A DNA stretch of 64,000 bases from Lama glama (lineage: Eukaryota): contig CM052828.1 of NCBI GenBank assembly GCA_028534125.1, forward strand, positions 50,158,001-50,222,000, given 5' to 3'. Shown in pieces: positions 40,701-53,720 of this stretch (positions are counted from its first letter, which is position 1; each line of letters starts with the position of its first letter). Both the position numbers and the translations under genes were made by a program. Below the pieces are notes generated by a model that did not search any database, had not been told where the DNA came from, and saw only the letters and a program-made list of their open reading frames with translations.

Positions 40701-42310
40701 GAAGGTTCAGAGCATGAGTCTGAGTTACCTCATAGCCTGAAAGAACAGAAGCACTTACACTGGACGCCTTACCCCAAAGACCTACCCACCTGGTGCTGGG
40801 GGATTAATGGCAACAATGAGGAATCTCATTTCAAGAGTAGTAAATTACACTCAGAACGCCAGGCCTGCCTGTCCAGGGACAGAATGCGCTCTCCTCCCCA
40901 GTAAAGCACTCTGACGGGCTTATGAGGATCGGCTCCATGTCTGAAGAGTTTCAGGGATTATACCTGAATTCAACTTGAAAAATATGTGGGAGCAGTGCTA
41001 TAATGAGCAGATAGAGGGTGAGGCTGTGGGGTCAGAATCCTTGGCGAATCCAGTCTCACAGGACAACTACCACAATATAAGGTTGGTCAATGACCAGGGG
41101 AACTAGCCCAACCACGACCTTCATGGGGCCCCTGGGGCGTTTCATGTGCTCAGGCTACCTAGCAAAGCACCACAGAGCGACTTGGACAACAGAAATAGAT
41201 TCTCTCACAGCTTTGGAGGTTAGAAGGCCAAGATCAAAGTGTTGACACCATTAAGGGAAAGCAAGACACTGTCAGAAGTTGACTTGTGCAGTTTCGGCCA
41301 CATTGCTCTGGGGCGAGACTGCTTTCCAGAAGTCTTCCAGCAGATGTAATACCACCACCTTACAATTTTCCCAGTGCTCCCACAGACAGTGGTCCGGCTC
41401 GAAGTGTAAATTATACATTTCCCTCTGTTGCTTTTTCTAATAGATCTTAATTTCTGTGGGGCAGTTACTAAGGGGTCACTTTTCCATTCACCAGAGAGAT
41501 ACTACACCCTGTGCCACTTCCCATGTTACCTCCCCACTGCCTTGCCCTGCGGGATTGGAAGTAGGGGAGAAAAACAAGTGTATATAGCTTTAATTATTTA
41601 CTGTACTAAATCCAAAATCTAATTTTTGGAACACATTATGAGGTTTAATTTTCCAAACTTCCAGGAGAAGGTACCAAAGCCCAGAGTGGTTAAGCGTCTT
41701 GCCTAAGGTCACACAGATAATAAGATCATGGACTAGGACCCGGGTCCCCTGGCTCCAGTATGACACTCTCTCCTTATACTCAGCTTGCTCCCATCTAAGG
41801 TAGAGGTGTCAGCAATTCCAAATTAGAAAAGACTAAAGTAATTTACAATCAATGAGTAAGCCTATTAAGGGCAAGATGATCAGCGAGGCACCGAGAGATG
41901 TAGGACACTAGTTTCTGCCCTCAGAGTTAACAATGTTTTTTTTTTAAGTCACAAATGAATTTATGTCTTTACTTATATAACACTCAATCATTTAAAGCAA
42001 TAAAAAAAAGACATGATAGAAAGCTGAGTTTTGCAAAATTCCCCACAGTCCCCATTTATTGAGGGCCTAGCACGCAGCAGGCACTTACGTGTACTATACC
42101 AGGTAAATCCGGTATATCCAGGTCTATTAAAAAGCCATCTCTTTCACAGGTAAACAAACTGTGCTGTTCAGTGAACACTCAGAACTCCTATAAATGCCAC
42201 ATTTGGATTCTACAACACTGAGACCCCAATCCCTCCGGACCCAGTTTGAAGTTTGAAGCCATTGATAAATCTCCCTTCTACTGAAACCAGACAGACACCT
42301 TTTGTACGAC

Positions 42311-42333
42311 AGAGAGAGAGAGAGAGAGAGAGA
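42311..42333 (+). repeat. (AG)n microsatellite
   Basis: About 11 AG units. Confidence 0.95.
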
Positions 42334-43246
42334 ACACGAGAACGAACTGCCTACTTGGTGAAGGAACCCTTCAGCAGGAGACGTTTAGAGAAGTAGCCAG
42401 TTGGGTTTATCAAATAATCTCAGCCACATCCTGACCAACTTAACACACCAATAAGGGTCTATAAATAAAAGCAATTTATTAGGTGAACAATTTTATGCTC
42501 ACCAGCTTTTATTTGACAAGTGTGAGATTTCCACTCAATTACCCTCGTAAGCTCAATGAATCCAGGCACCCCTGTCTGCCCAGGGAGAGGAAATAAACTC
42601 AGCACTTTGTCACCCTGACTCAATTCCAAGCTCCACAATGTCCCACTTCGGTAAAGGGAGGACTAAATCAGGTTCAACAAGGGGTTACTAGAAGGATCCA
42701 AGGACCAAGCATGTCTAAGATCCCTGCACAGAGCAAGCCCCCTTCCTCCCCAGCCCCTTGCTGCGTCTCTACAGAGATGAACAAGCCAAGCCCTATTGGG
42801 CCAGTTGTTCTCATGCTTTGAGAGGAAACTGAAAAGTGGATGTAGATGAGGTCAGAACAGAACCCCCGGCCAGAGAAATGAAAATTTGCACAGGAATGTG
42901 TTTGACCTTTGGAAACTGTTAATGAAGTGGTTCTTGGTCTTTGTTGCCCATCAAACCCGTAGGGAATCTTTTAAAAATATTGATGCCCGAGTTCCAGGCC
43001 CGGAGATGATGATTCAAATTGACCTAACTGAGGAAGCAGGCATTCAAATTTTATGGCTGCCCAGGTGCTCCAATCATATCGAGGGCTGAGAAACGGCTGT
43101 GTATTCACTAGAAAGAACTTAAACAAGATAGAGCCAGCAAGCTTAATAGAAAGTATACACATCAACTGTCTGAAGGGAATTTACAAGTATATTCAGGACA
43201 GACAACACCAAGAGCCAGCCTGTGTTCATTAAGGGGAAATCATGTT

Positions 43247-43369
43247 GGGGGAGGGTATAGCTCAAGTGGTAGAGCGCATGCTTAGTATGCAGGAGGTCCT
43301 GGGATTCAACCCCCAGTATCTCTATATTAAAAAAAAGAATTAAATAGACTTAATTACCATCCCCCCAAA
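43247..43369 (+). mobile_element. tRNA-derived SINE (Vic-1-like)
   Basis: A and B boxes; 15-bp TSD aagRggaaatcatgt (43231-43245 / 43370-43384). Confidence 0.93.
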
Positions 43370-43719
43370 AAGAGGAAATCATGTCTAACCTCAAGTCTTT
43401 GTAGGGTTTCAGAACAACTGCCCAGCAGATAAGATACCAACGGACTCCTGACCTCTCCCAATACCTGTAGCCAAATTCATCCACTGCCCACGGTGTTCAT
43501 TAGCGGATCAGCCACAACCCTGGAGGACAGTCACAGGACCTGTCCTTTCTGACATAAAAACTACAAAAGGTTTCAAAGAACTTTCTACAGGTAACAGTGA
43601 GATGCTGAACTTTGACATCAACAAAATGAACTTAAGAAGGAATAAAACACAAGTCTGCAGAGGGATAAACTGTGACGTCAGTTACTGTGGGTCCATCTCA
43701 ACCGTACACATTGCTTATG

Positions 43720-44830
43720 ACACCCAAATTTTATCCCAGCTCAACTTCTCTGAGCCCTTGACTTGTAACCAGTTGCCTGGCTCAACTTCTCCCATGGGTA
43801 GCAGGCATCTCAAACTTAACACAGTCAAGACCAAACTCCTGATATTCTCCAACCCATTCCTCTTGCAGGCTTCAGCATTTTATTTAATGGGGATTTCATC
43901 CTTGCAGGTGCTTAGGCCAAATCCACAGAGGCAACTTGACACCCTCTTCCTCTCAAGTTCCACTGTCTACCTAGCAACCAAAGCCACGTCCCTCCAACCA
44001 GCTCCACCTTTAAATAAGCTCTTCCCTGAATCCAGCTACTCATCACTGCTGTTCCTCCCATTCTGGTTAAAGCCACCAGCATCTCTGGCCTGAACTACTG
44101 CTGGCCTCCCCGTTTCTGCCCCTTTCTTTAGTCTATTTCCAGTACAACAACCAGAGTGCTCTCATTAAATCCTAAGGTGGTATCATACCTCTTCTCAAAA
44201 CTTCTGAGTGGGCTCCATTCACTCCCTGTAAGGCCCAAGTTCTCCAAGGGCCAACAGAATCCCCAACCTCTCTTCTCCTACACTTGTCCCTCCCCCTGAA
44301 CGTGCACGACTCACTCCCTCACCTCCTCCAGGTCATCACTCTGCTGTGTGGTCTTCTCTGGGAAGCTCTCTGTGGCCCCCCTCAAACTGTCATCTCTCTT
44401 CCCCATCACACACACTCCTGACCCGTTTCCCAACCTTGTTTTCTCTCCTCAGCACTTAAAACTATCTAACATACTATATGTTACTTATTTATCTTATTTA
44501 GAGTTTAAGTCCCATGAAGACACATACTGTCATTTCTTTTTCTCACTGCTATATCCCAAACATCTAGAACAGGGTGGCAAACATTTTCTATAAAGAGCTA
44601 GATCATAAATATTTTAGCCTTTGCAGGTCAGTCTCAGTTGCAACCAGTCGTCTCTGCTGTTGTAACCCACAGACAATATATACGTGAATGAGCCTGGTCG
44701 TGTTCCAATAAAACTTCACTTACAAAAAAAGACAGTGGGCTGGATTTGATCTATGGGTCATAGTTCAACAACTCCTGGTCTAGAACATAACCTGGAACAC
44801 AGAAAGCACACAAATTACTTGTTAAATTGC
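43720..44830 (+). mobile_element. L2 LINE fragment (RT C-terminus to 3' end)
   Basis: ggcatctcaaacttaacacagtcaagaccaaactcctgat translates RHLKLNTVKTKLLIF, the L2 RT remnant; 3' end ctggaacacagaaagcacacaaattacttgttaaat. Confidence 0.82.
44570..44777. mobile_element. MER58A-like hAT-Charlie element nested in L2
   Basis: TIRs caggg..ggcaaac / gttcaacaactcctg; 8-bp TSD Rtctagaa. Confidence 0.85.
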
Positions 44831-44879
44831 CTACGTAATCAGTTAAAACACTACCCCTGGCCAGATCAAGCCTGCCCAG

Positions 44880-45200
44880 TTCCAGATGCCGCATAAGAAT
44901 AAACACATCGATAAACTAAACAGCATTCAGTTCAACCAGACAGAAAAGGGTCTGAAAATCCTGCCACTTAAAGGAAGCATGGGAACTGAAGTCTGTTCTC
45001 TGAAAAGATAAGACCTAGTGGGTCCCTGACAGTTGTCCTTAAATATCAAAGGAGGCCATCATATGAAGTTGGGGAGGTGGTCGACGTCCTGTGTGTTGAC
45101 AAAAAATTAAAAAGCAGATAGATGGGTAGAAATTGCCAAAAAGAAAACTGGATCAATAGACCACACTCTGGAACTCTAATATGAAGACATAAGAGCAGTA
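44880..45200 (+). mobile_element. L3/CR1-like LINE remnant
   Basis: gataaactaaacagcattcag...ggtctgaaaatcctgcca...gggaactg...gtccttaaatatc. Confidence 0.5.
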
Positions 45201-46688
45201 AATTTTTCCATTGCACAATGTCTGGAAGAGATTCCTGTATTGAATACGGAATAGAAGCTCTCTCCCTTCCAACCCTATGATCCCATAACACTGGAAGTAG
45301 GGCAGACAGGAGCTGAGCTGCGGGAAAGACCTGACAAAGACTAGCCCAATGATGAGGCCAGTACAGAAGTACCCATGGAACCAGGAAATGGAATAAGGAG
45401 ATAGGCCAGAAATCACAGAAGGACTGAAGGTGTTCACTGAGTACAGGACTAGGGGACGGGTTAAGTCAAGCCTGAAAGCTGGCAAGGATGAAATAGGGGC
45501 AGAGTGTGACCTTGAATGACTGCATCAAACACCACCAGCTGGGAGGGAGGGGCATCCACACACTTCTGGTTGTTTCAGGACACACTACCCTCTGCACAAC
45601 TGTCTTTGTACATCCTTGTCACCTGCCTGGAATGACTCCCTCCTCCTCCATCCAACCCCTCCTCGAACCTTCCCATGGGTGCACACCTTACTCAAGCCCT
45701 TACTACACGCCCCGAAGTTTGGTGATTAACTCTTGCAGCAGACAGCTGGACACTCAGAGTTTCTGGCCCCCACTTATTGTCAGAGGCGACCACCTAAGAC
45801 CTGGCTGACAGGATTTGAGTATAAATAATGTGAGTCACTTCCAACCCTGGAACACAAAAACCTGCCACATGCAACCTCTTTGCAGCTAAGCAAAGTGAAC
45901 TCAATAGAGAGGACCCAAGGACCGACAAGATGTAAAAAGTCCAGTTACTGCATAAATGGGTGTAGTCCCCTGCCCCAGCCAACCCAAAATGGATGATATA
46001 GACTATACAAAATGAGGGTGAATGGTTTTGCTTTGGGTTTTGTTTTTTTTTTCAACTAAGCCACTAAGATCTGGGGCTTGTTTTCTCAGCAGCTAGCATT
46101 ATTTACAGAACTAATACCATGACTATCTCCCCAACTAGGCCGTGTAAGCTCTTTGAAAAAAGAAATGTTCTTTTATCTTTACGGATCTGAACACAGCAAC
46201 GAGGAAGGCACGCAAGACTTTGCTGAATGAGTAATTCAAACCACAGAGAATCAGCACCGGATCAGTACCTTGGCCTCCCTCCTGCTCAAATAGAAATGGA
46301 CTTTGAAGGTTGAGAAAGACCTGAGAAGTGGTTCGCAAACCTTAGCATCTGAATCACCCAGGAAGCATGTTTCAAAATTGAGATTTCAGGATGCTACCTT
46401 CCTCCCCAGCCCCAACCCCAACCCCAGGAGATTACGATCTTATGGGTAAGGAATGAGACTCAGAAAATCGTATTTTTAACCTATCTGGGAAACAACCATG
46501 GCAATTTACAAACAAAAAATGTTAGCTTACAATTCCTAAGTATGAAGAAGGTGGCACGGTTACCTTTCAATATTCGTTTACTGCTTCCTATTCTAACCAT
46601 TTCACCACTGTTTGTGTCACTTAATACTCTTCCCAATTTTATGAGGTAGGTATAATGGTCAGGTAAGGAGCAGAGCTCAGATTTACAC

Positions 46689-47124
46689 TGAGGACCAGAA
46701 ATAAAATGCACAACCTCAAAGCTGAGAATTTTGTTTCATTCAGCGGACTTTCTGAGGACTTCAAGCCGGGAAGACAGCCTCCCAGATAGCTCTAACGGAT
46801 TGCTCCAAAGAGGTAAGGGAGGAGCCAGGATACATAGGAGTTTTGTAGCAAAAACTAGTTAGTGGGATCAAAAGATTACTGGTTAAAGAAATCCAGATGT
46901 CTCAAGGTAATGAATTTAGCTCTTCTCTATGGATGGGAAGATGCAAAAGCCTGGGCTCACTGAAATTATTCCTTTATGTGCACCTGAGCCTTCTAAGCCA
47001 GTATCCCATCCCTTCCATCCTGAGTTCACTCAGGGCTCACCATGGGGGATGGCTGCATTGTGATGGCTTGATGGCTGCAATATCCTTTCTATGGTGATAC
47101 TGTAGGCAATATTTTTCATTCAAA
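46689..47124 (-). mobile_element. ERV1 solo LTR, artiodactyl MER41-like (family A)
   Basis: Homologous to 55728-56202; starts TG; degenerate 4-bp TSD acac/atac. Confidence 0.8.
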
Positions 47125-47556
47125 ATACCCAAGCAATCAGGCTTCAGATGGGGTGTCACTCACTGCACCCAACCTGGATGAGGGCTCAGGGTTGTATAAA
47201 TGTGCTTCTGGCAATGGTGCTGGGAAACCAACATGGGCATCACCCTGCTTTCCTGCATTTACTCCCATGGCCCAGGGTAACCCTACTCACTCAAAAGTGC
47301 CTGCCTTTCATCAGGCAGGAGCCCAGTCCTGGCTCTGATGGCCCTGCAAAGGCAGAACAGCTACAAGATCTGCCTGACCTCATCAGCCCAGAGTGTGACA
47401 AATGATGGGACACGAGGCTCAGGAAGCAGATTCTGAAGAATCCTTGAAGGCCACACTAAAGAATTACTCCTGAGAGCAGTGGGGAGGCAGGAGAGGTTTT
47501 TAAGCAGAAGGATGGCAGGGACTTGGTTTAGGGGAAAGGCTGGTAGCAGGAAGACC

Positions 47557-48106
47557 TGAAACAGCAGGATCCTATGGGGTAACCCCTGGTACAAATCCTC
47601 TCCATGTCCCCCATTTCTCTTTTGTAGGAAATGGGCTTCAGTCAGCCTCCTTGACCTTTCCTGACTTCCAAAGGGTAGATTCAGTGAGTTGCTAATCAGG
47701 GAAAGGAGGGAATGCAGAAACAAGGGATAAACAGTCAACAATACTGCAGCCTTAAGGCGGAGTCTTGGTTCCTCTGAAGGAATATACGTAACAACATCTG
47801 TGAGTTCTCCTGCAGGAACTAAGGCCCCCACCCAGGTGGAGGAGGCTTCACGTGGAGCACAAGATTCCTGAACACCGCCCTGTTACCTTAGCACCAACCC
47901 ATCAGAGGAAAGTCACACACCCTGCAGCCCTCATCCCAAATTTTGCCTAGAAAAACTTCCCCAAAAACCATCGGGGAGTTCAGGGGTTTTCAAGCAGCAG
48001 CCACCCTGTTCTCCTTGCTCAACCCTGCAATAAACCTTTCTGTGCTACAAACTCTGACACTGAGGTTTGTTTTGGCCTCACTGTGCGACAGGCACGTTTC
48101 GTAACA
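47557..48106 (+). mobile_element. ERV1 solo LTR (family B), copy 1
   Basis: TG...CA ends, perfect 4-bp TSD GACC, AATAAA near 48029; homologous to 50271-50800 and 50935-51460. Confidence 0.9.
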
Positions 48107-48481
48107 GACCCGTTGGGAGGAAGAGAAGCCAAGAATGTTAGGTGAGGCTGGAGAAGGGATGGGGCGAGACACAAGCTCCAGGGAGGCGAGCATCTTTGTG
48201 GTTCCCTTCCCTGTGGACCCCACACAGCCACATCCAGGAAACAGTTGCTGAAAGAAGGAATGAATGACACCAATGGCAAGTTTAAAGTTGAATCAATAGG
48301 ATCTGATGTCAGCAGATGAGGGTGAAGAAGTCAAGGGAAACTGACAGGTTGATGCCTTAAGAAACAGATGGATAAGGATTTGGACAACCCACACAGCAAT
48401 TCAGGAGGCAGCAGAATAAAGAGAAGGTAGGAAAACATGCCCCAGATATATGTGGACGGAAAGAGCATACTCAGTCACTAA

Positions 48482-48624
48482 TTTTTTTTTAATATTTTTA
48501 TTTTCTTTATTTGGAGGGTGGGATTAGGTTTATTTATTTATTTTTAGAGGAGGTACTGGACATTGAACCCAGGACCTTTGTGCATGCTAAGCATGCGCTC
48601 TAGTGCTTGAGGTATACCCTCCCC
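48482..48624 (-). mobile_element. tRNA-derived SINE (Vic-1-like)
   Basis: gaggaggtactggacattgaacccaggacc..tgcatgctaagcatgcgctcta...tataccctcccc. Confidence 0.92.
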
Positions 48625-48748
48625 TCAACTAATATGACTTTTAACTCTGCTAGATAGAGTCAGCATTTTCTTTATAATTGGCTCAGCCTGTGGGATCTAA
48701 AGCTGAAGCCTGAGCACTGCTAGCCTCCCCAGGTGCTGAGGATGTGGG

Positions 48749-49248
48749 NNNNNNNNNNNNNNNNNNNNNNNNNNNNNNNNNNNNNNNNNNNNNNNNNNNN
48801 NNNNNNNNNNNNNNNNNNNNNNNNNNNNNNNNNNNNNNNNNNNNNNNNNNNNNNNNNNNNNNNNNNNNNNNNNNNNNNNNNNNNNNNNNNNNNNNNNNNN
48901 NNNNNNNNNNNNNNNNNNNNNNNNNNNNNNNNNNNNNNNNNNNNNNNNNNNNNNNNNNNNNNNNNNNNNNNNNNNNNNNNNNNNNNNNNNNNNNNNNNNN
49001 NNNNNNNNNNNNNNNNNNNNNNNNNNNNNNNNNNNNNNNNNNNNNNNNNNNNNNNNNNNNNNNNNNNNNNNNNNNNNNNNNNNNNNNNNNNNNNNNNNNN
49101 NNNNNNNNNNNNNNNNNNNNNNNNNNNNNNNNNNNNNNNNNNNNNNNNNNNNNNNNNNNNNNNNNNNNNNNNNNNNNNNNNNNNNNNNNNNNNNNNNNNN
49201 NNNNNNNNNNNNNNNNNNNNNNNNNNNNNNNNNNNNNNNNNNNNNNNN
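48749..49248. other. Assembly gap (500 N placeholder)
   Basis: Run of exactly 500 N; true size unknown. Confidence 0.99.
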
Positions 49249-49264
49249 TTTTTTTTTTTTTTTT

Positions 49265-49547
49265 GCTAGCCAGCTGGATTTTCAGAGAGACATATCTGGC
49301 CTTGAAATGTTGGTTTGCTGCCTCCCTGCCTCTACTTTTGTGATAATGATGCTGCTAAAGCTGTTCCATGCCTATTGGCCAAATATGCCAAGCCTGTAAT
49401 TAACCCTGTAAAACCTCATGCGCACGTCTTGGAGGTGCTCAGAGCCTCAGAACAGAAGCCCCTCTGAGCCCGCAGGCGTCATAAATCTGAGTACTCCAAC
49501 CCTCCAAGTGGTGCTTGTTTCTTGGCTGGCCTGTCATTTCTGTAACA
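49265..49547 (+). mobile_element. LTR 3' portion (third family), truncated by the gap
   Basis: TATA-like ccctgtaaaacc, degenerate polyA signal cataaa, ends ...tttctgtaaca. Confidence 0.6.
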
Positions 49548-49728
49548 CCCTCTCCCCACTGGAAACTCCTAGTTTGTTTTGTATACCTGTGAGTCTGTTT
49601 CTTTTTTGTTACATTCACTAGTTATATTTTTTAGACTCCACATTAAGAGATGTTATGTGGTATTTGTCTTCCTCTGTCTGACTTATTTCACTAAGCGTAA
49701 TACCCTCCAAGTTCCTCCATGTTGTTGT
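49548..49728 (-). mobile_element. L1 3' fragment
   Basis: tgtgagtctgtttct...tttagactccaca...ctgtctgacttatttcactaagcgtaataccctccaag. Confidence 0.85.
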
Positions 49729-50270
49729 CCATCAGTTTCTTAGGGTCCAATGCCAAAGCTGTTTACACACCCTCAGTGTGTACTCGTTAATGGGGCAGTG
49801 AAGGTGTTTCTCTTTGATTTGGGGCGTAGTGCGTCCCAGTCATCCCCAGAGCGCTTTGAGGGAAGACATCCAGGTTCTCCCCTGCCAGCCTCCTCCCCTT
49901 CGTTCACCAGGGATCCTCCAGGAAGGATCAGGGGAACCTTTAGTTTGAGGTCCCTGGAAGGAGGACCTTTCCTCTCAGTCCTCTGTTTCAGCTTGGGCTG
50001 GCCAAGTAGTTTTCTGGCTGTTGAGGGGCAGCTGGAGCTGGCCAGCCTATCTAAAAAGTGGAGAAGTACAGAGACTTTGGCAGTAGGGATTCGGTGTCAC
50101 AGAGTCCCCCAAAACAGAGTCTGCTCTGAGAATAATGGAGAAGGCATGATCCTCTGCTTCCAGGGCTACAGCTGCTGCTGGGCGGAGCCACTGCACAGAG
50201 ACTGTATGAAGGCTTTCCTTCAGGTCAAGTTGGCCTCACATCCAAACAGGCTAGGCACACGGCAGAGCAT

Positions 50271-50800
50271 AAATCGACTTTATGGGTCCCTCCCTAGTAC
50301 AAATCCTTTCTGTGTCCCCCGTTTCTCTTTTGTAGGAAATAGACTTCATTCAGCTTCTTTGACCTTCCCTGAGCTCCAAGGGGCAGATTCAAAGAGTTGC
50401 TAATCTGGGAAAGGAAGGAACGCAGAAACAAGGGAGAAACAATCAAGAAACATAGTGTAGCCTTCAGGCAGGGTCCTGGTTCCTCCTCAAGGAATACACA
50501 TAACTCTATCTTTTGAGTTCTTTGAGATGGCAGCTTCAGGTTGAGCACAAGATTGCTGGAGCACCACCCTGTTACCTCACCACCACCCAATCAGAAGTCA
50601 CACATCTGGCAACCCTCAACCCAAGTTCTGCCTATAAAAACTTTCCCCCTCAAACCACTGGGGAGTTCAGGTTTCTTGAGCATGAGCCGCTCGTTCTCCT
50701 TGCTTGGTCCTGCAACAAAGCTTTCTCTGCTCTAAACTCTGACGTTTTGGTTTGTTTGACCTCACTGTGGATCCAGCACAAAAAATTTTGTTCACTAACA
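50271..50800 (+). mobile_element. ERV1 solo LTR (family B), copy 2
   Basis: Homologous to copy 1; TATA box cctataaaaa near 50633; ends ...ctaaca; 5' end decayed; putative TSD gcat. Confidence 0.88.
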
Positions 50801-50934
50801 GCATCTGTCCTACCTCACAAACCAAATCACTGTCTAAAGTATAGTCCAGCTTCTGAAGGGCTTGGTCTGGAATGTCCTAGTCAGTTGACTCAGGCAGACC
50901 CACCTTCCCCCACTTCCTTCTTAACAGATAAAGC

Positions 50935-51460
50935 TGTTACTGATGCACAGTGAGTCCAAACAAACTGAAATGTTAGAGTTTGGAGTGGAGGAAGGTTTAC
51001 TGCAGGACCAGTCAAGGAGAACCCGTGGCTCATGCTGGAAAAACCTAAACTCCCTGATGATTTGGGAGGAAGTTTTTAATAGGCAAAATTTCGGGTGAGG
51101 ACTGGAAGGTGCGTGATTTTCTTCTGATTGTATGATGGTGAGGTAACAGTGGTATTCAGGAATCTTGTGTTCAGCCTGAAGTTGCCATCCTTCACCTGTG
51201 TGGGGGCCTTAGTTACTGCAGAAGAACTCAAAGATATGTATATTCCTTGAGGAGGAACCAGGACCCTGCCCTAAGGCTGTACTGAATTCTCTCTTCTTTC
51301 TGCATTCCCTCCCTTCCCTTGTTAACAATTCTTTGAATCTGCCCTTTGGAACTCAGGGAAAGTCAAGGAGGATAAATGAAGCCTATTTCCTACAAAAAAG
51401 AAATGGGGACACAGAAAGGATTTGTATCAGGGAAGACCCACAGGGTCCTGCTCTATTTCA
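50935..51460 (-). mobile_element. ERV1 solo LTR (family B), copy 3, inverted
   Basis: Reverse complement is homologous to copies 1 and 2; TG..CA ends; TSD aagc/aaga. Confidence 0.9.
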
Positions 51461-51989
51461 AAGACACTTAAAAGAGAAAGCCTAGTTAAACTTTACTCCC
51501 TGACATGATACTAGTCACCTTACATAGCAACTTAAACGTAGTTCTAAGCTAATCAGTCAAAGTTATAGCAAGATAAACCACAGTACTGGAGGCCTACTTA
51601 CCATACACTTGTATAAGTGAGACTCCAGTCAAGTGACTCATCCCTGCACAATGGAGATAATTCCAAGATAAACACTCTTTCTCCCAGGACTATGGAGCCT
51701 ACCTATTTACCTAAGGAGCAGCCTTGCCCTGCAGAGCTAAACCTTCATCAGAAATCAGCAGATGTCAAGAATATGGAGTGAAATTTAGGGGAAACTCGAA
51801 TCCATTAAATCAAATATAGCTTTCTGAAACAAAAGCTCCAAGAAGAAATCTAAAGATAAGACAAAATAGAAATGGACTAGAAGTGTGTTGACGCCTCAGA
51901 GAAGCAATGCAAAAGACCGACACAAGTTTAGCATCCACAGAGTAATAAAATATGGCAGATTCCAGTTTTGGACAACTATCCATGAAGGA

Positions 51990-53190
51990 ATTTAGTGTTT
52001 GATAAAAAGCAGCAAGTCAAAGTAGAATGGATACCTTCTTCAATAAACAGTGTTGAAGTAATAGGCTATTTGGAAAAGATAAAATTTGATACATATGTCA
52101 TCTTACACCAATCTATCCATCTATCTATCTATGAATCAAAGATTTAAATATTTAAAAAACGAATCTATAAAGGTCCTAGAAATTAACATAGGTGACTTCT
52201 TTCTAATAATCCTGCCTTTGAGAAGACTTTCTTTAAAAGACATAAACCCAGACACCATGGGGAACAAGACCGCTAAAATGGATTTACTAAAAATTGAAGT
52301 TTGTTGCAAGGCAAAAATCATATAAAGAAAAATCAAAATATAAATGACATGGAAGGAAAAAAATAACTGCAGGCTATGCTGCAGATAGAAGGAGTTGTTC
52401 CTCTCATTTACAGTGATTTTGGATAAGTCAGTAAGAAAAATACTAACCACCCAACTGAAAATTGAACAAAAGATCCAGAAGGTCTATCATAGGGGGAGAA
52501 AAGCAAAATGCTTACTAATTGGAGAAAAGGTATTCAATATCTTGCTCATAATTGGGGAAACGCAAATTAAAATAATGAGATACAATTTTTTTAACGTTAC
52601 AAAGTGCAAAAGATCAAAAAACGTAGTGTTGGCTAGGATATGGAAACAGACATCTTTATAAGACTTGCTGACATTTTATGAAAAAATAAATCTATAAAAA
52701 TTTTGATGGACATGTGTTTCAACACAATAGGGACACATTCTAGAGATATAGCCATGCCTGTGGGTTGACATCTCTGAAGAAAGATGTTATTTTAAGAAGT
52801 GGCTGTGAAAGTAAGGATTGCAAATGCTGTATGTGCTCAGCCATGGAGGATAGGTTAAATTATTATGTGGCATTGATACAGTGGAATACCAGGGAGACAA
52901 AAAGTATGAGGTAGAACTCTATGTGCTGATATACAAGGCTATCCAAAATATATCACGAAATCAAAAAATGCAAGAGAGAAAATAGTACTTATATATATAT
53001 ATCCCCTTTGTGAAAAAACAGAAACAGGAGCATCATTCCTGCATGTGTGTGGACGAAGGACTTTACAACACTTAACAGTTGCTGCCTCTGGAGACGGTGA
53101 TCAGGGGGCTAGGATGGGAGGGAAACTTACCTTTCCTTCACTAATTTCCTTCAATGCATTCAAAAGGTCTAAAGTGAATAACCTCTTTAA
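51990..53190 (+). mobile_element. Old L1 (L1ME/MC-type) ORF2 end and 3' region
   Basis: cttcaataaacagtgttg...aaaggtcctagaaattaacataggtga...gcaaattaaaataatgagatac...agtggaatac. Confidence 0.78.
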
Positions 53191-53336
53191 TTTAGAAAAA
53201 ATTGAAAATATCCTTTTCTGTAACCATCTTGTAGCAACTATCAAAACAAGGTTACTTTGATCCTGTCCATATCAAAAATGTGTGTGTGGAAAGGGCTGGG
53301 GCCAGAGAGATGGGACGCAGTGAGAACATATGCCAA

Positions 53337-53720
53337 ATTATGCTAAGTGAAATAAGTCAGACAGAGAAAGACAAATACTGTATGCTATCACTTACATGTG
53401 GAATCTAAAAAATACAGCAAACTAGTGAATATAACAAAAAAGAAGCAGACTCACACAGAACAAAGTAGTGGTTACCCGTGGAAAGAGGGAAGCAGGGGCA
53501 ATAGAGGTGTAGGGGATTAAGAGGTATAAACTATTAGGTATAAAATAAGCTACAAAGATATATTGTACAACATGGTGAATATAGCCAATATTTTATAATA
53601 ACTTTAAATGGAGTATAATCTTTAAAAATTGTGAATCAATATCTTGTACACCTGTAACTTACATATTACTGTACATAATTCAATACAACATTTTTTTAAT
53701 TTAAAAATGGCAAAATAAAA
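53337..53720 (+). mobile_element. Younger L1 3' end
   Basis: ttatgctaagtgaaataagtcagacagagaaagacaaatactgtatg...; TSD catRtgccaa. Confidence 0.9.

Noticed and set aside
43602-44093. 163-aa ORF
   Set aside because: Chance open frame across a decayed L2; only the HLKLN..KT.LLIF RT remnant is recognisable.
49750-50403. 217-aa ORF, the longest gap-free ORF
   Set aside because: No recognisable domain, runs into an LTR, no gag/pol/env motifs and no splice context.
47557-50800. Two same-orientation family-B LTRs as the ends of one provirus
   Set aside because: Copy 1 has its own complete TSD (GACC on both sides), and no PBS, PPT or internal retroviral sequence is visible between them.
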